Assembly (NCBI GenBank): GCA_040387195.1
Contig: JAZKEF010000011.1
Location: 102,393 to 166,392 of the forward strand
DNA from: Bacteroidota bacterium
GTDB taxonomy: Bacteria; Bacteroidota; Bacteroidia; UKL13-3
Length of the DNA stretch: 64,000 nucleotides
Direction of reading: 5' to 3'
Shown here one piece after another: positions 1 to 8,326 of this stretch (the stretch's first letter is position 1; each line of letters opens with the position of its first letter). The notes beneath the pieces are model-generated. The model saw only the letters and a program-made list of their open reading frames with translations, made no database searches and was not told where the DNA came from. The position numbers and the translations under genes are program-made.

Positions 1-1102
1 AGAGGGTGGAGGCTCCTGCGGTATACCAGATGAATCCGGCAAGGCTGCTGGCTATTAAGGTGCAGATACTTTGAAAGGCGGTATAGGTTCCAATGGCGGT
101 TGCGGTATGACCTTTGTCGACCAGGTTACTAATCCATGCTTTGGCAATTCCTTCGGTGGCGGCTGAATAGATACCGTACATAAAAAACAAGGTCAGAAAC
201 ATCCATTTGGCAGAAACGATTCCCATTCCGGCATACACGGCAGCAAACAATAACAATCCTGAAATGAATACCGTTTTCATCCCGATTCTGTCGGCAATAA
301 TACCCAATGGATAGGCTGCCGCTGCATATACAATATTGTAAAAGATGTAAACACTGATTACTACTCCATCACTGAAGCCGGCCTCTTTGACTTTAAGTAG
401 TAGAAACACGTCAGAGCTATTGAATAAAGCAAATGCAAGGAGTGCGACAATAAGTTTTTTATACGTTCCGGGAGCTGTTTTCCAGTAGCGGATAAAATCA
501 AGAAGCCGTGGTTTGGGTTTGATTTCCCTGTCAGGATTAACATTTTCTTTGATTAAAAAACTAAGACCGAAGGCAACCAATCCCGGAGCAAAAGCAATCA
601 GAAAAAGTTGTGCATATTGCTCAGGATAATATTGAAAATAGATCAACGCACAAACTGGTCCGATGGCAGCACCGAGTGTATCCATGCTTCGGTGCAAACC
701 GAATACCCGGCCTTTGGTTTCAACAGTGGCTTCATCGGATAGAAGTGCATCGCGGGCACCGGTGCGGATTCCTTTACCCAGCCGGTCGAGGGTGCGCACG
801 CCAAAGATCCAGATCGGGTAAACAAATACGGCCATCAGCGGGCGGGAAAGTGAACTGAGTGCATAACCTGTAATCACAAATGGTTTACGTTTACCCATGG
901 TATCGCTGAGGGAGCCGAAATACCCCTTACTGAGTCCGGCAGTGGCTTCTGCTAATCCCTCCAGCACACCGATAAGTATGATAGAAAACCCTATATGTTT
1001 AAGGTAAACAGGCATAACAGGGTAGAGCATTTCGCTGGCAATGTCGGTAAACAAACTCACCATCGATAGCAACCAAACGTTCTTGCTGATAATCCTACTC
1101 AT
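1..1102 (-). CDS. MFS transporter. Partial: the C-terminus runs off the window start.
   Basis: Not in the ORF track because it is incomplete. My translation of the minus strand from the ATG at 1102 gives MSRIISKNVWLLSMVSLFTDIASEMLYPVMPVYLKHIGFSIILIGVLEGLAEATAGLSKGYFGSLSDTMGKRKPFVITGYALSSLSRPLMAVFVYPIW... and reads open to position 1. Multiple hydrophobic helices, MFS-like. The start codon overlaps the AraC stop (ATGAGTAG), so the two genes form an operon. Confidence 0.7.
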   Translation of the reverse strand, partial: MSRIISKNVWLLSMVSLFTDIASEMLYPVMPVYLKHIGFSIILIGVLEGLAEATAGLSKGYFGSLSDTMGKRKPFVITGYALSSLSRPLMAVFVYPIWIFGVRTLDRLGKGIRTGARDALLSDEATVETKGRVFGLHRSMDTLGAAIGPVCALIYFQYYPEQYAQLFLIAFAPGLVAFGLSFLIKENVNPDREIKPKPRLLDFIRYWKTAPGTYKKLIVALLAFALFNSSDVFLLLKVKEAGFSDGVVISVYIFYNIVYAAAAYPLGIIADRIGMKTVFISGLLLFAAVYAGMGIVSAKWMFLTLFFMYGIYSAATEGIAKAWISNLVDKGHTATAIGTYTAFQSICTLIASSLAGFIWYTAGASTL

Positions 1103-2021
1103 GGGTAGCTGTTTTAGGATGACGTTCCCTGAATTCTTTGGGAGTAACCTGCAGCTGCGATTTAAAAAACTTGGTGAAGTTAGAGTTATCTTCAAACCTC
1201 AGGTGGTAGGCAATTTCCGAAATGGATTTACTGGTGTGCAACAGCAATTGTTGTGCTTCAAATGCAGTACGCTCACGGATTAGCTGAGTAGCAGTTCGCC
1301 CAGTTTTTTGTTTCACAATATCCGAAAGGTAATGCGGATGCAGGTGCATGCGATCGGCAATAACATTGATGCTCAACGGTGGAGTGGTGCGGTTGTCGGT
1401 AAGTCCCATGAAGTACTCGTGAACACAACCATAAAAACGGGCGAGCACCTCATCACCTGCCAGTATCGTATCGGTGCCTGTTTGGTGCAGGATGCGTTCG
1501 CATTTATGCAGCAGGATATGGGTGTAATGATACAACAATTGATGTTTGTGTTCGGTAGGTTCCTTGTTTTCGGTTTCCATGAGCTGAAGCAGGGAGGCTA
1601 ATTCATTAATCTTTTCCTCTTCCAGACTTAATACCACACTTTTGCCGGGGGTGAAAAAAGCAAAATTATTGATGTCGGTTCCTCCTGCATACTGACTTAA
1701 AAAATGAGGAGTAAACGCTACGAGGTAACCTTTCCAGGCTTTGTTAATAAGGTAACTGCGGGTATGCCATGGACTCAGAAAAAACAGGGAGCCTCTTTTA
1801 AATGTGTATTCCCGTTCGTCAATCATGAATTGATATTCACCATCCGTAACCAGGCAAACAAGGTAAGCATTGAGCCGGAAGGAATGGGTTTGGAAGTTGA
1901 TTTTATGTGCCACATGCTCATAGTTGATCACAACAAAATGAGGATGGGTTTCAATGTTCCTTGTTTTTAAAAAGGCTTCACTGATGTTCTGGTAAAACGG
2001 TATTTCGTCTTCTTTGTACAA
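1095..2021 (-). CDS. AraC family transcriptional regulator (cupin-like N-terminus plus C-terminal HTH)
   Basis: 308 aa. C-terminal SDIVKQKTGRTATQLIRERTAFEAQQLLLHTSKSISEIAYHLRFEDNSNFTKFFK is a typical AraC HTH. Divergent from the lipoprotein gene. Overlaps the MFS gene start. Confidence 0.8.
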   Translation of the reverse strand: MYKEDEIPFYQNISEAFLKTRNIETHPHFVVINYEHVAHKINFQTHSFRLNAYLVCLVTDGEYQFMIDEREYTFKRGSLFFLSPWHTRSYLINKAWKGYLVAFTPHFLSQYAGGTDINNFAFFTPGKSVVLSLEEEKINELASLLQLMETENKEPTEHKHQLLYHYTHILLHKCERILHQTGTDTILAGDEVLARFYGCVHEYFMGLTDNRTTPPLSINVIADRMHLHPHYLSDIVKQKTGRTATQLIRERTAFEAQQLLLHTSKSISEIAYHLRFEDNSNFTKFFKSQLQVTPKEFRERHPKTATHE

Positions 2022-2138
2022 ACGTCAGCAATTTAGCATTTTAATTTAATCTACATTAGGATTAATTAGGTTTGTTAGTGTGTAGAAGTGGGTTATTTTC
2101 GCCACCAATTAAATTTATTCAACCTATACCTCTCAATT

Positions 2139-2699
2139 ATGAACGTAAGAAAATTTGTATTGTTTACAAGTCTGACCATTGCTACCATTCCTTTGGTGTT
2201 ACACTCTTGTAAAAAGGACTCAACCGATAGTACTACTACAACCACCACTGCTACCACATCGACCACCGCTACCACGAGCACTACTTCCGCTACACCTTCT
2301 TTTGTGTATAATAGTGTAACGAATGCGCCTTTGACCGGTTCATGCAGCTTCGGTAATATGGAATTTATTGTTACGGGTTTCCTGGCTACCCCAACCTATG
2401 AATACACCCTCACCATGTTATTCCCGGATTCGCTTCCGGCTTCAGGCACCTATACTTCTGTATTTGCTGGTGTAGGCACAAGTGCTTTGTCGCCAACCAA
2501 TTGTCGTGCAAACCTTGAAATATTTAACGTGGGTAACAGCACCACTCAGTTGCTGAAAGCCGCAGACGGAGAGCAGTTTGTGCTCACCAAAATTAGTTCC
2601 AATAAGTACTCTGTAAGTTTCGGAAATAGCAAATTTACGATTGTTTCGGGCGGTACGGCTACACGTTATGCTTCGGCAACTGCGTTTGGCTGTATGTAA
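2139..2699 (+). CDS. Lipoprotein with a Thr/Ser-rich linker
   Basis: Start refined to MNVRKFVLFTSLTIATIPLVLHSCKK (signal peptide plus lipobox LHSC). This is followed by DSTDSTTTTTTATTSTTATTSTTSAT. Rest has no recognisable domain. Confidence 0.6.
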   Translation: MNVRKFVLFTSLTIATIPLVLHSCKKDSTDSTTTTTTATTSTTATTSTTSATPSFVYNSVTNAPLTGSCSFGNMEFIVTGFLATPTYEYTLTMLFPDSLPASGTYTSVFAGVGTSALSPTNCRANLEIFNVGNSTTQLLKAADGEQFVLTKISSNKYSVSFGNSKFTIVSGGTATRYASATAFGCM

Positions 2700-2721
2700 A
2701 TAATAGGCTTTACCTTTTTAT

Positions 2722-2761
2722 AAATCCGTTGTGTAATGTATCATTGCACAACGGATTTTTT
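2722..2761 (+). terminator. Rho-independent terminator after the lipoprotein gene
   Basis: aaatccgttgtg / cacaacggattt is a perfect 12-bp stem followed by tttttt. Confidence 0.6.
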
Positions 2762-2780
2762 AGTTGAATAAAGAACGTAC

Positions 2781-4265
2781 ATGAAGAAAATATTAGTAGC
2801 CAACAGAGGGGAAATTGCATTGCGTGTGATGCGCACGGCAAAGGAAATGGGGATTAAAACGGTAGCGGTGTTCAGTGAAGCTGACCGGAATGCCCTGCAC
2901 GTGCGGTATGCGGATGAGGCAGTGTGCATCGGACCTCCGCCTTCCAATCAATCCTATTTACTCATGGATAAAATTTTGGAAGTCTCCAAAGAACTGGGCG
3001 TGGATGGTATTCATCCGGGTTACGGTTTTTTGTCGGAGAATGCATTATTTGCCCGGAAGGTAAAAGAAGCGGGTATTACCTTTATTGGTCCAACGGCAGA
3101 AGCTATGGAAGTGATGGGAAGCAAGCTGGGGGCGAAAGCCGCTGTAAAAAAATTCGGTGTACCGATGGTGCCGGGAACAGAGGGTGCCATCAGTGATGTG
3201 AACGAAGCCAAAAAGGTGGCAGGTGAAATCGGATATCCGGTATTAGTAAAAGCTTCGGCCGGAGGTGGTGGAAAAGGAATGCGTGTGGTGGAGAACGAAG
3301 CAGAGTTCGAAATGCAGGTGCAACTGGCGATGAGCGAAGCGTTGTCGGCCTTTGGTGACGGAGCCGTGTTTATTGAAAAATATGTAGGTTCACCCCGCCA
3401 TATTGAGTTTCAGATATTGGGTGATACCCATGGAAATATTGTGCATTTGTTTGAACGCGAATGTTCAATCCAGCGCAGGCACCAGAAACTGGTGGAGGAA
3501 GCTCCCTCAAGTTGCCTCACTCCCGAAGTGCGCAAGCAAATGGGAGAGGCTGCTGTGAACGTAGCTAAAGCTTGTAACTACACCGGAGCGGGAACAGTGG
3601 AATTTTTGGTGGATGATAAACTGAATTTTTATTTTCTGGAGATGAACACCCGCTTGCAGGTGGAGCATCCGGTTACCGAACAAATTGTGGGGCTGGATTT
3701 GGTGAAAGAACAGATTCGTGTTGCCCGTGGTGAGGCATTAGGCTTTACACAGGATGACCTGAGCATTCACGGACATTCGATTGAATTGCGTGTATGTGCT
3801 GAAGATCCTGCCAATAATTTTTTACCCGATATCGGGACATTGTTAACCTACAAAACTCCACAAGGGTATGGGGTGCGTGTGGATGATTCGTTTGAAGAAG
3901 GAATGGATATTCCCATTCATTATGACCCGATGATTGCCAAGCTGATTACGTTTGGTAAAACGCGTGAAGAAGCCATTCAGCGGATGATCCGTGCCATTGA
4001 TGATTACCGCATTTCAGGAATCGAAACTACCTTAACCTTTGGTAAATTTGCCATGCAACACGAAGCATTTGTGAGCGGGAACTTTGATACCAGGTTTATC
4101 GACAGGTATTTTAAACCGGAGTTGTTACCCGTTCGCCAGCAGGATGAAGTATTTGTAGCGCTTGCGGCCGGAACACTCTACAAGCAGGAACGCAAAGCGT
4201 CAGCCCCGCTTGCTGAAAGTGCCCATAACGAAAGTGCCTGGAAACAAAACCGAAAGGCTTATTAA
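2781..4265 (+). CDS. accC: Biotin carboxylase (acetyl-CoA carboxylase subunit)
   Basis: MKKILVANRGEIALRVMRTAKEMGIKTVAVFSEADRNALHVRYADEAVCIGP... ATP-grasp with biotin-carboxylase C-terminal domain. No fused BCCP domain. Confidence 0.85.
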   Translation: MKKILVANRGEIALRVMRTAKEMGIKTVAVFSEADRNALHVRYADEAVCIGPPPSNQSYLLMDKILEVSKELGVDGIHPGYGFLSENALFARKVKEAGITFIGPTAEAMEVMGSKLGAKAAVKKFGVPMVPGTEGAISDVNEAKKVAGEIGYPVLVKASAGGGGKGMRVVENEAEFEMQVQLAMSEALSAFGDGAVFIEKYVGSPRHIEFQILGDTHGNIVHLFERECSIQRRHQKLVEEAPSSCLTPEVRKQMGEAAVNVAKACNYTGAGTVEFLVDDKLNFYFLEMNTRLQVEHPVTEQIVGLDLVKEQIRVARGEALGFTQDDLSIHGHSIELRVCAEDPANNFLPDIGTLLTYKTPQGYGVRVDDSFEEGMDIPIHYDPMIAKLITFGKTREEAIQRMIRAIDDYRISGIETTLTFGKFAMQHEAFVSGNFDTRFIDRYFKPELLPVRQQDEVFVALAAGTLYKQERKASAPLAESAHNESAWKQNRKAY

Positions 4266-4300
4266 CTGTTTAGAATTATAGTACATAAAAGAGAAACCAA

Positions 4301-5095
4301 GTGGCTTTCAGAGAAAAAGGATCAAAGATTATTATCAAAAATGCGGAGCAGATTGAAGGCATTCGCAAAAGCAGTCAATTGGCAGGAAGCTGTTTGAATG
4401 AAGTGGCACCCTTTGTAAAAGCAGGTGTGACCACGGAATTTCTCAATAATTTTTGCAGGGATTATGTTCGCGACCATAATGCAATACCGGCTACTTTAGG
4501 GTATAACGGGTATAAACATGAAACCTGTATTTCCATCAATGATGTGATTTGCCATGGTATTCCGGGTAAACAGGAACTACGCGATGGAGATATCGTGAAT
4601 ATTGACGTAACCACCATTTTGAATGGATACTTTGGCGATACCAGCAGAATGTATAACGTTGGTGGCATTACCGAACATGCACAAAAACTGGTTGATGCTG
4701 CCAGAGAATGTTTGCGCATAGGCATCATGCAATGTCGCCCCGGAAACAGGTTTGGAAATATTGGTTACGAGATTAATAAATATGCCACATCATTGGGTTA
4801 TTCGGTGGTGTATGAGTTTTGCGGACACGGAGTGGGAGTGCGCTTTCACGAAGAACCTGAAGTATGCCATGTAGATGAAAAAGATACCGGACCGATGATG
4901 GCTCCCGGAATGATTTTTACCATTGAACCGATGATTAATGCCGGTAAAGCAAGAGCCAAGGTTGATAAACATGACGGCTGGACAGCCCGCACAATTGACG
5001 GAAAACTATCCGCTCAGTTTGAACATACGATTTTGATTACACCCACACGTCCGGATATTTTGACGGATGTTAACGGAGAGTATCCGAAGCCTTAA
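4301..5095 (+). CDS. map: Methionine aminopeptidase, type I
   Basis: 264 aa. Pita-bread fold motifs: CHGIP, DIVNIDV, HGVGVRFHEEP, FTIEPM. Confidence 0.85.
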   Translation: MAFREKGSKIIIKNAEQIEGIRKSSQLAGSCLNEVAPFVKAGVTTEFLNNFCRDYVRDHNAIPATLGYNGYKHETCISINDVICHGIPGKQELRDGDIVNIDVTTILNGYFGDTSRMYNVGGITEHAQKLVDAARECLRIGIMQCRPGNRFGNIGYEINKYATSLGYSVVYEFCGHGVGVRFHEEPEVCHVDEKDTGPMMAPGMIFTIEPMINAGKARAKVDKHDGWTARTIDGKLSAQFEHTILITPTRPDILTDVNGEYPKP

Positions 5096-5106
5096 AAGGC
5101 CCACGC

Positions 5107-5666
5107 TTACTTCACTTCTTTACACCTGAAACATCCTGCAATATGATCATTCACCATACCGGCTGCCTGCATGTATGCGTAACAAATGGTGCTGCCTACG
5201 AAAGTAAATCCACGTTTTTTCAAGTCTTTGCTCATGGCATCACTTTCTGCTGATGTTGCTGGAATATCACCGCCTTTGCGTTTTCCCTGAATGGTTTTGC
5301 CGTTTACAAATTGCCAGATATAATGATCGAACGAACCGAATTCTTTTTGCACCAACAGGAATGCACAGGCGTTTTTAACGGTACTGGCAATCTTGAGCCG
5401 GTTGCGAATAATGCCTGTATGTTCCATCAGCAGTTCAATATGTTTGTCGGTGAACTTCGCAACTTTAGCTACATCAAAATTGGCAAAGGCTTTCCGGAAT
5501 CCTGCTCTTCGGTGTAAAATGGTTTTCCAGCTCAATCCCGCCTGAAAAGCATCGAGTACCAGGAACTCAAAATGTTTACGGTCATCATGCACCGGAACAC
5601 CCATTCGTTGTCATGGTATTCAATCATTTGCGGATCATCTCCCGGCCAGGTGCAGCGTGTTTTCAT
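5107..5666 (-). pseudogene. tag: DNA-3-methyladenine glycosylase I, interrupted by a 1-nt deletion in a G-run
   Basis: The track ORF 5107..5604 starts MGVPVHDDRKHFEFLVLDAFQAGLSWKTIL. Another frame upstream (from the ATG at 5666) reads MKTRCTWPGDDPQMIEYHDNEW, the canonical Tag N-terminus with the zinc-binding Cys. The two join only if gaatgggtg is read as gaatggggtg. Confidence 0.6.
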
Positions 5667-5687
5667 TTAAGTTGTGTAAGGGTTGTT

Positions 5688-6311
5688 TTAGTATGAGGTG
5701 ATGGGATACGGCATATAATCCAGGAATCCATTTGTTTCAAATAAAATATCATACCCCTGGCTGGTCAGATAGTAGTGGCACACTTTTACTTCATAGTTTC
5801 TTTTGGGGAAGGTTAACACAGCAGGGCACATTTTTGCCGTATCAACTTTTTTGACGATCATATCAAACCGGCCCATAATCTTTTTCCGTTTATAAATTCC
5901 CAGTGACCTGTCATTAACGAATCGTGCAATTTTGATAGCTATTAAAGGATAGGTAAAAAATTCGTACATGATACCTTCATACGCTGCACAAGCCTCATTC
6001 ATTGTCGAACTAATGGTGATGCTGTCATCCGTAATGTTTTTGATAACACCGCTTCTGAAGCGTTTTCCATCAGAAAATTCCAGGTCATAAATAGCCTCCA
6101 TCCTGATGACGAATCCCGCATTCGATATCGTCCATACATGCTCATAATTTGGGATGGATTTTCCTTTCTTCTGAACAATTAATAAGTTTCCGGGTTCATA
6201 CTTGCAATTGTAATGCAGCAGGTACTCTGCTTCTCCATGTACATCCTTCTTTTTCTGAGAATAGGAGTTATATGAAAAGAGAATGAGTATAAGAATAAAT
6301 GTAATTTTCAT
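5688..6311 (-). CDS. Hypothetical secreted protein
   Basis: Signal peptide MKITFILILILFSYNSYSQ. No recognisable domain. GC looks lower than the surrounding sequence. Confidence 0.5.
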   Translation of the reverse strand: MKITFILILILFSYNSYSQKKKDVHGEAEYLLHYNCKYEPGNLLIVQKKGKSIPNYEHVWTISNAGFVIRMEAIYDLEFSDGKRFRSGVIKNITDDSITISSTMNEACAAYEGIMYEFFTYPLIAIKIARFVNDRSLGIYKRKKIMGRFDMIVKKVDTAKMCPAVLTFPKRNYEVKVCHYYLTSQGYDILFETNGFLDYMPYPITSY

Positions 6312-6333
6312 TATTTAGGATTTATAGACATTT

Positions 6334-6828
6334 TCAATTAGGGTAAACCAATTGCATCATCGTTACATCCAAAACCTTCCCGAACTTCTTCCCAACTTCC
6401 TGCATCACACCCACGGTGCGGAATCCGAATTGTTCATGAAGGTAAATGCTTTTATCATTGCCCTGGCTGATGCGGGAGAGCACACAATGCAAACCTCCAT
6501 CTTTACCGGCCTTGATGATGGCTTCCATCAGTTGCCGGCCAATGCCTTGGTTATGGTATGGAGGTAAAATATAAATGGAAATTTCGGCTGTATCATCATA
6601 AGCGCAGCGGTCGCTCCATTGCGTCATGCTGGCAAATCCGGCCACCACACCATCCACTTCGGCAACTACCACGGGATATTTATCGGAATGCTGCCTGAGC
6701 CATTCTTCGCGGTTGGCTACCGATTTGGTTTCGGTATCGAAAGTGGCAACGGTGTTTTCGATGGCCTCATTGTATATAGTGGCTATCGCTTGTGCATCGG
6801 AGAGTATGGCTTTTCTTATGTTCATCAT
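6334..6828 (-). CDS. GNAT family N-acetyltransferase (phosphinothricin/MSO acetyltransferase-like, PAT/YncA type)
   Basis: Start refined to MMNIRKAILSDAQAIATIYNEAIENTVATFDTE... The ...YILPPYHNQGIGRQLMEAI... acetyl-CoA binding motif is present. Confidence 0.75.
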   Translation of the reverse strand: MMNIRKAILSDAQAIATIYNEAIENTVATFDTETKSVANREEWLRQHSDKYPVVVAEVDGVVAGFASMTQWSDRCAYDDTAEISIYILPPYHNQGIGRQLMEAIIKAGKDGGLHCVLSRISQGNDKSIYLHEQFGFRTVGVMQEVGKKFGKVLDVTMMQLVYPN

Positions 6829-6872
6829 TATAAGAATGCAAGTTATGGAATTTTCGTTTATGATTAAACCGG

Positions 6873-6923
6873 GGCAAGTTGCAAACTTGCCGGGGTACGT
6901 TCTGTGAAGTTGCAAACTTCACA
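6873..6923. promoter_or_regulatory. Two inverted repeats sharing the 13-nt core AAGTTGCAAACTT, in the GNAT promoter region
   Basis: ggcaagtt-gca-aacttgcc (6873-6891) and tgtgaagtt-gca-aacttcaca (6903-6923). Centres are 31 bp apart, between the dNK terminator and the GNAT start. Confidence 0.35.
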
Positions 6924-6930
6924 GAGCACC

Positions 6931-6970
6931 CAAACAAAAAAAGGAATGAAGTAGCTTCATTCCTTTTTTT
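6931..6970 (-). terminator. Rho-independent terminator after the deoxynucleoside kinase gene (bidirectional hairpin)
   Basis: aggaatgaag-tag-cttcattcct is a 10-bp stem flanked by A-run and T-run (caaaaaaa...tttttttt). Confidence 0.65.
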
Positions 6971-6976
6971 TATCGG

Positions 6977-7588
6977 TTAAAATAAACCGTTTAATTCTGT
7001 TTCTATTTTGTTGATCACAAAACCTAAATCTTCAGGCTTGTCGGCAAAGTTTAAATTGTCTACATCAATAATCAGCAACCTGCTTTTGTAGGTTGAGATC
7101 CATGCTTCGTAGCGTTCGTTCAACCTTCGCAGGTAATCCAAACGGATGGAGTCTTCATACTCACGGCCACGTTTCTGGATCTGGTTAACCAAAGTTGGAA
7201 TCGAGGCGCGGAGGTATACAAGCAAATCCGGTGGTTTAACGGTGCTACTCAGGGAGTCAAACATTTTTTGGTAGGTTTCGAAATCGCGGGTGCTTAATAA
7301 ACCCATCGAGTGCAGGTTGGGAGCAAAGATGTGTGCATCTTCATAAATCGTTCTGTCCTGAACAATGCTCTTTTTTCCTTTTTGCATTTGCACCAAAGAG
7401 TTATAACGGCTATTGAGGAAATAAATCTGCAGGTTGAACGCCCAACGTTGCATGTCTTCATAGAAGTCGCTGATGTATGGGTTATCTTCTACATCTTCAT
7501 AATGTGGCTCATATTTATAATGACGCGCTAATAAAGTTGTGAGGGTGGTTTTTCCTGATCCGATGTTTCCGGCAATCGCTAAATGCAT
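6977..7588 (-). CDS. Deoxynucleoside kinase
   Basis: MHLAIAGNIGSGKTTLTTLLARHYKYEPHYEDVEDNPYISDFYEDMQRWAFNLQIYFL... P-loop. dNK/dCK family. Confidence 0.8.
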   Translation of the reverse strand: MHLAIAGNIGSGKTTLTTLLARHYKYEPHYEDVEDNPYISDFYEDMQRWAFNLQIYFLNSRYNSLVQMQKGKKSIVQDRTIYEDAHIFAPNLHSMGLLSTRDFETYQKMFDSLSSTVKPPDLLVYLRASIPTLVNQIQKRGREYEDSIRLDYLRRLNERYEAWISTYKSRLLIIDVDNLNFADKPEDLGFVINKIETELNGLF

Positions 7589-7772
7589 ACTTTTCTTTCT
7601 TTTCTAATCTACAATTTTAAGCTATTGCACCTGATTTCCTACCGTTGTGGAAATGTTTTAACGGATGGGTACTCAATGAGATCTCCGGCCGCATGAATAG
7701 GGGCTTTCATTGGGCTAAATCAACCGCTCACCATACTCCTGGAGTGGATATGGCAAGCGGTTGTTTGGTGGA

Positions 7773-8135
7773 TTAATGCTTGGCGTCCTTTTTACAGCAA
7801 GGATCCAGGTGCTCATATGCCTTAGGGTCGGCCGGTTTTCCATCGGCATCGTAACCGGCTTTGGTTACGGCCACTCTGATTCGCTCAGCTGAAGTCCTTT
7901 TTGTATAATAGGTAACGGTCAGGATTTTACTGTCTACATCCAGGCTCGATTCTTTTACACCTTTTTCATAGGATAGTGCTTTTTCAATGGTTTCCTTGCA
8001 CATGTCGCATACCGCTGATGTTTTAATTTTGATAGTTTCAATATCCTTTTTTACGGTGGAGGAGTCTTTACCGGTTTGTGCCCAAGCTCCCAGACTTAGT
8101 ACACAGGCCACAAGGGCGATGATTGTTTTTTTCAT
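7773..8135 (-). CDS. Heavy-metal-associated (HMA) domain lipoprotein
   Basis: Signal peptide. SAVCDMCKETIEKAL fits the HMA CxxC motif. C-terminal CCKKDAKH. Confidence 0.7.
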   Translation of the reverse strand: MKKTIIALVACVLSLGAWAQTGKDSSTVKKDIETIKIKTSAVCDMCKETIEKALSYEKGVKESSLDVDSKILTVTYYTKRTSAERIRVAVTKAGYDADGKPADPKAYEHLDPCCKKDAKH

Positions 8136-8326
8136 TTCGTTGTTAGGTATTAGGTATTAGTTATGTAGTTATTGTTTATTAGAACTGCTTTCGGCCTTAG
8201 TTGACTTCGGTAAACTCAGTCTGACAAAACCAAGGGATGTATTCATTCCGCAATCGATTCCGAGAACGATCGGATTGCGATTCGAATTTCCCATATCTCA
8301 AATCATCATTCACAATTCTCAAATTC

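Noticed and set aside
2093-2281. Poly-Val minus-strand ORF (MLVVAVVDVVAVVVVVVL...)
   Set aside because: It is antisense to the Thr-rich linker (ACN codons read backwards give Val). Not a gene.
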